A stretch of DNA of 63,485 nucleotides, the filler included, from Phoronis australis (taxonomy: Eukaryota > Animalia > Phoronida): the NCBI GenBank assembly GCA_002633005.1. It is 12 parts of 12 records of this genome, joined end to end, with 100 filler letters (N's around TTAATTAATTAA, not from the genome) between each part and the next. Parts side by side here need not be neighbours in the genome. Positions count along the whole stretch, not along the records: positions 61,333 to 63,485 come from NMRA01003824.1; 11 more parts are not named here. The stretch is one strand, 5' to 3'. Position numbers and translations under genes: made by a program. Under the pieces are notes generated by a model. The model ran no database searches. It worked only from the letters and a program-made list of their open reading frames with translations, and was not told the DNA's origin. How positions within the stretch are numbered: position 1 is the stretch's first letter; every line of letters starts with the position of its first letter. Shown here piece after piece: positions 62,506 through 63,485 of the stretch.

Positions 62506-63485
62506 ATGTTGTTGATCACCTGCTCTTGTAAAATTTCGCTCCAGCTGTTACGCCATGCTTTCGCACTTGTGAGGTTGACAACTTAATTTCCAACGAGAAC
62601 GATGAAATTGCGAAGACAGCGACGAATTAGCGCTCAATTGTAACGTCATTAATGTTCACGGTACGTAAGCAATTTTTGTGTTGCGGTGGCTTGCTTTAGC
62701 TATGGCACGATGAAAAAAGCCTAATGATAATTAACACGAACCTGTCAAAAGAAAACGAGATTTAAAACACCAACGATAGTTAACGAACTGCGTTTGCCGT
62801 GTTAATAATTTGCAGACATGTCGTTTTTACTCCCATCCACGACTCCATGTTCGCTTTTCTTTTCACTTTTACCAAGCTTGTCAACACTAATTGTTATTAA
62901 ACAGGCGAGAAGAAAAAATAACTACGGCGAGTGCCGCTCTGAATGTTTTAATTAGAGTGCGTGGCTGACCAGAATAGACGACCATGCTGTACAAGATCAC
63001 TCGTGAAATCGAGAGTTGGATAACAGTGAACGTTGCTATCTTTATCCTCGTGTCATTGGGGACAAATGAAACAGCACAAAAATAGTATATATTTTATATT
63101 GTATTGGGAATTTCAAGGTCACAGCTCTACAAATAATTATTTCACAGAAGGTACCTTAATTACAAGTGATAACACACCGATTTGCGATACCCAATATGTA
63201 ATTGAGTGTCGGCTACTAAGTGGCACATGTTAGTATAGTACCATGTGGGTACACAATGCCAAATAGGTATTGGCCGATTGCCTACATGTACCAACTGGGT
63301 CGAGCAAAACGGCAAATTCAATAATAAGTACCGAGTGGGTATAAACTGCCAAATGGGCAAATATCATATAAAGTACCAAGTGGGTACACCAAACAGCCAA
63401 CTGGGCTATAACAACCTGGCAAAGCAGGTTCCGGACACACGAGCAATTTGGATTGATGGTAATTTACCGAAAGTGATTTTAAATG

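Noticed and set aside
61740-62660. Series of small minus-strand exon-like segments
   Set aside because: Splice-like sites are present, but I could not assemble a consistent reading frame or product.

Overview
AT-rich eukaryotic (metazoan, most likely marine invertebrate) genomic DNA with GT-AG spliceosomal introns. It is assembled as about 12 pieces joined by artificial 100-bp spacers (44 N + TTAATTAATTAA + 44 N), plus one plain N gap. Most short ORFs in the supplied track are spurious. Supported genes: the last two coding exons of mitoguardin (MIGA/FAM73, minus strand), four phase-1 Sushi/CCP exons, three phase-0 ankyrin-repeat exons, the 5' part of a secreted, possibly ZP-N-like protein, and an intact tRNA-Gly(CCC). 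Mobile DNA: an internally deleted Kolobok DNA transposon (TTAA TSD, ~155-bp TIRs, convergent remnants of a THAP transposase and a KolX/P2X7-ballast-like Cys-rich protein); a decayed short-LTR Gypsy element lacking the integrase core; an RTE LINE 3' end; two copies of an RTE-X-like LINE 3' end; several MITE families; tRNA-derived SINE-like pieces; minisatellites and local duplications. I found no convincing wholly new biological system. The best leads are the Kolobok element, a satellite array inside a TIR element, a TSD-flanked MITE trimer, a possible ongoing ankyrin exon duplication and a tRNA-like cloverleaf with a degenerate anticodon arm. Family assignments come from motif recognition, not database searches.
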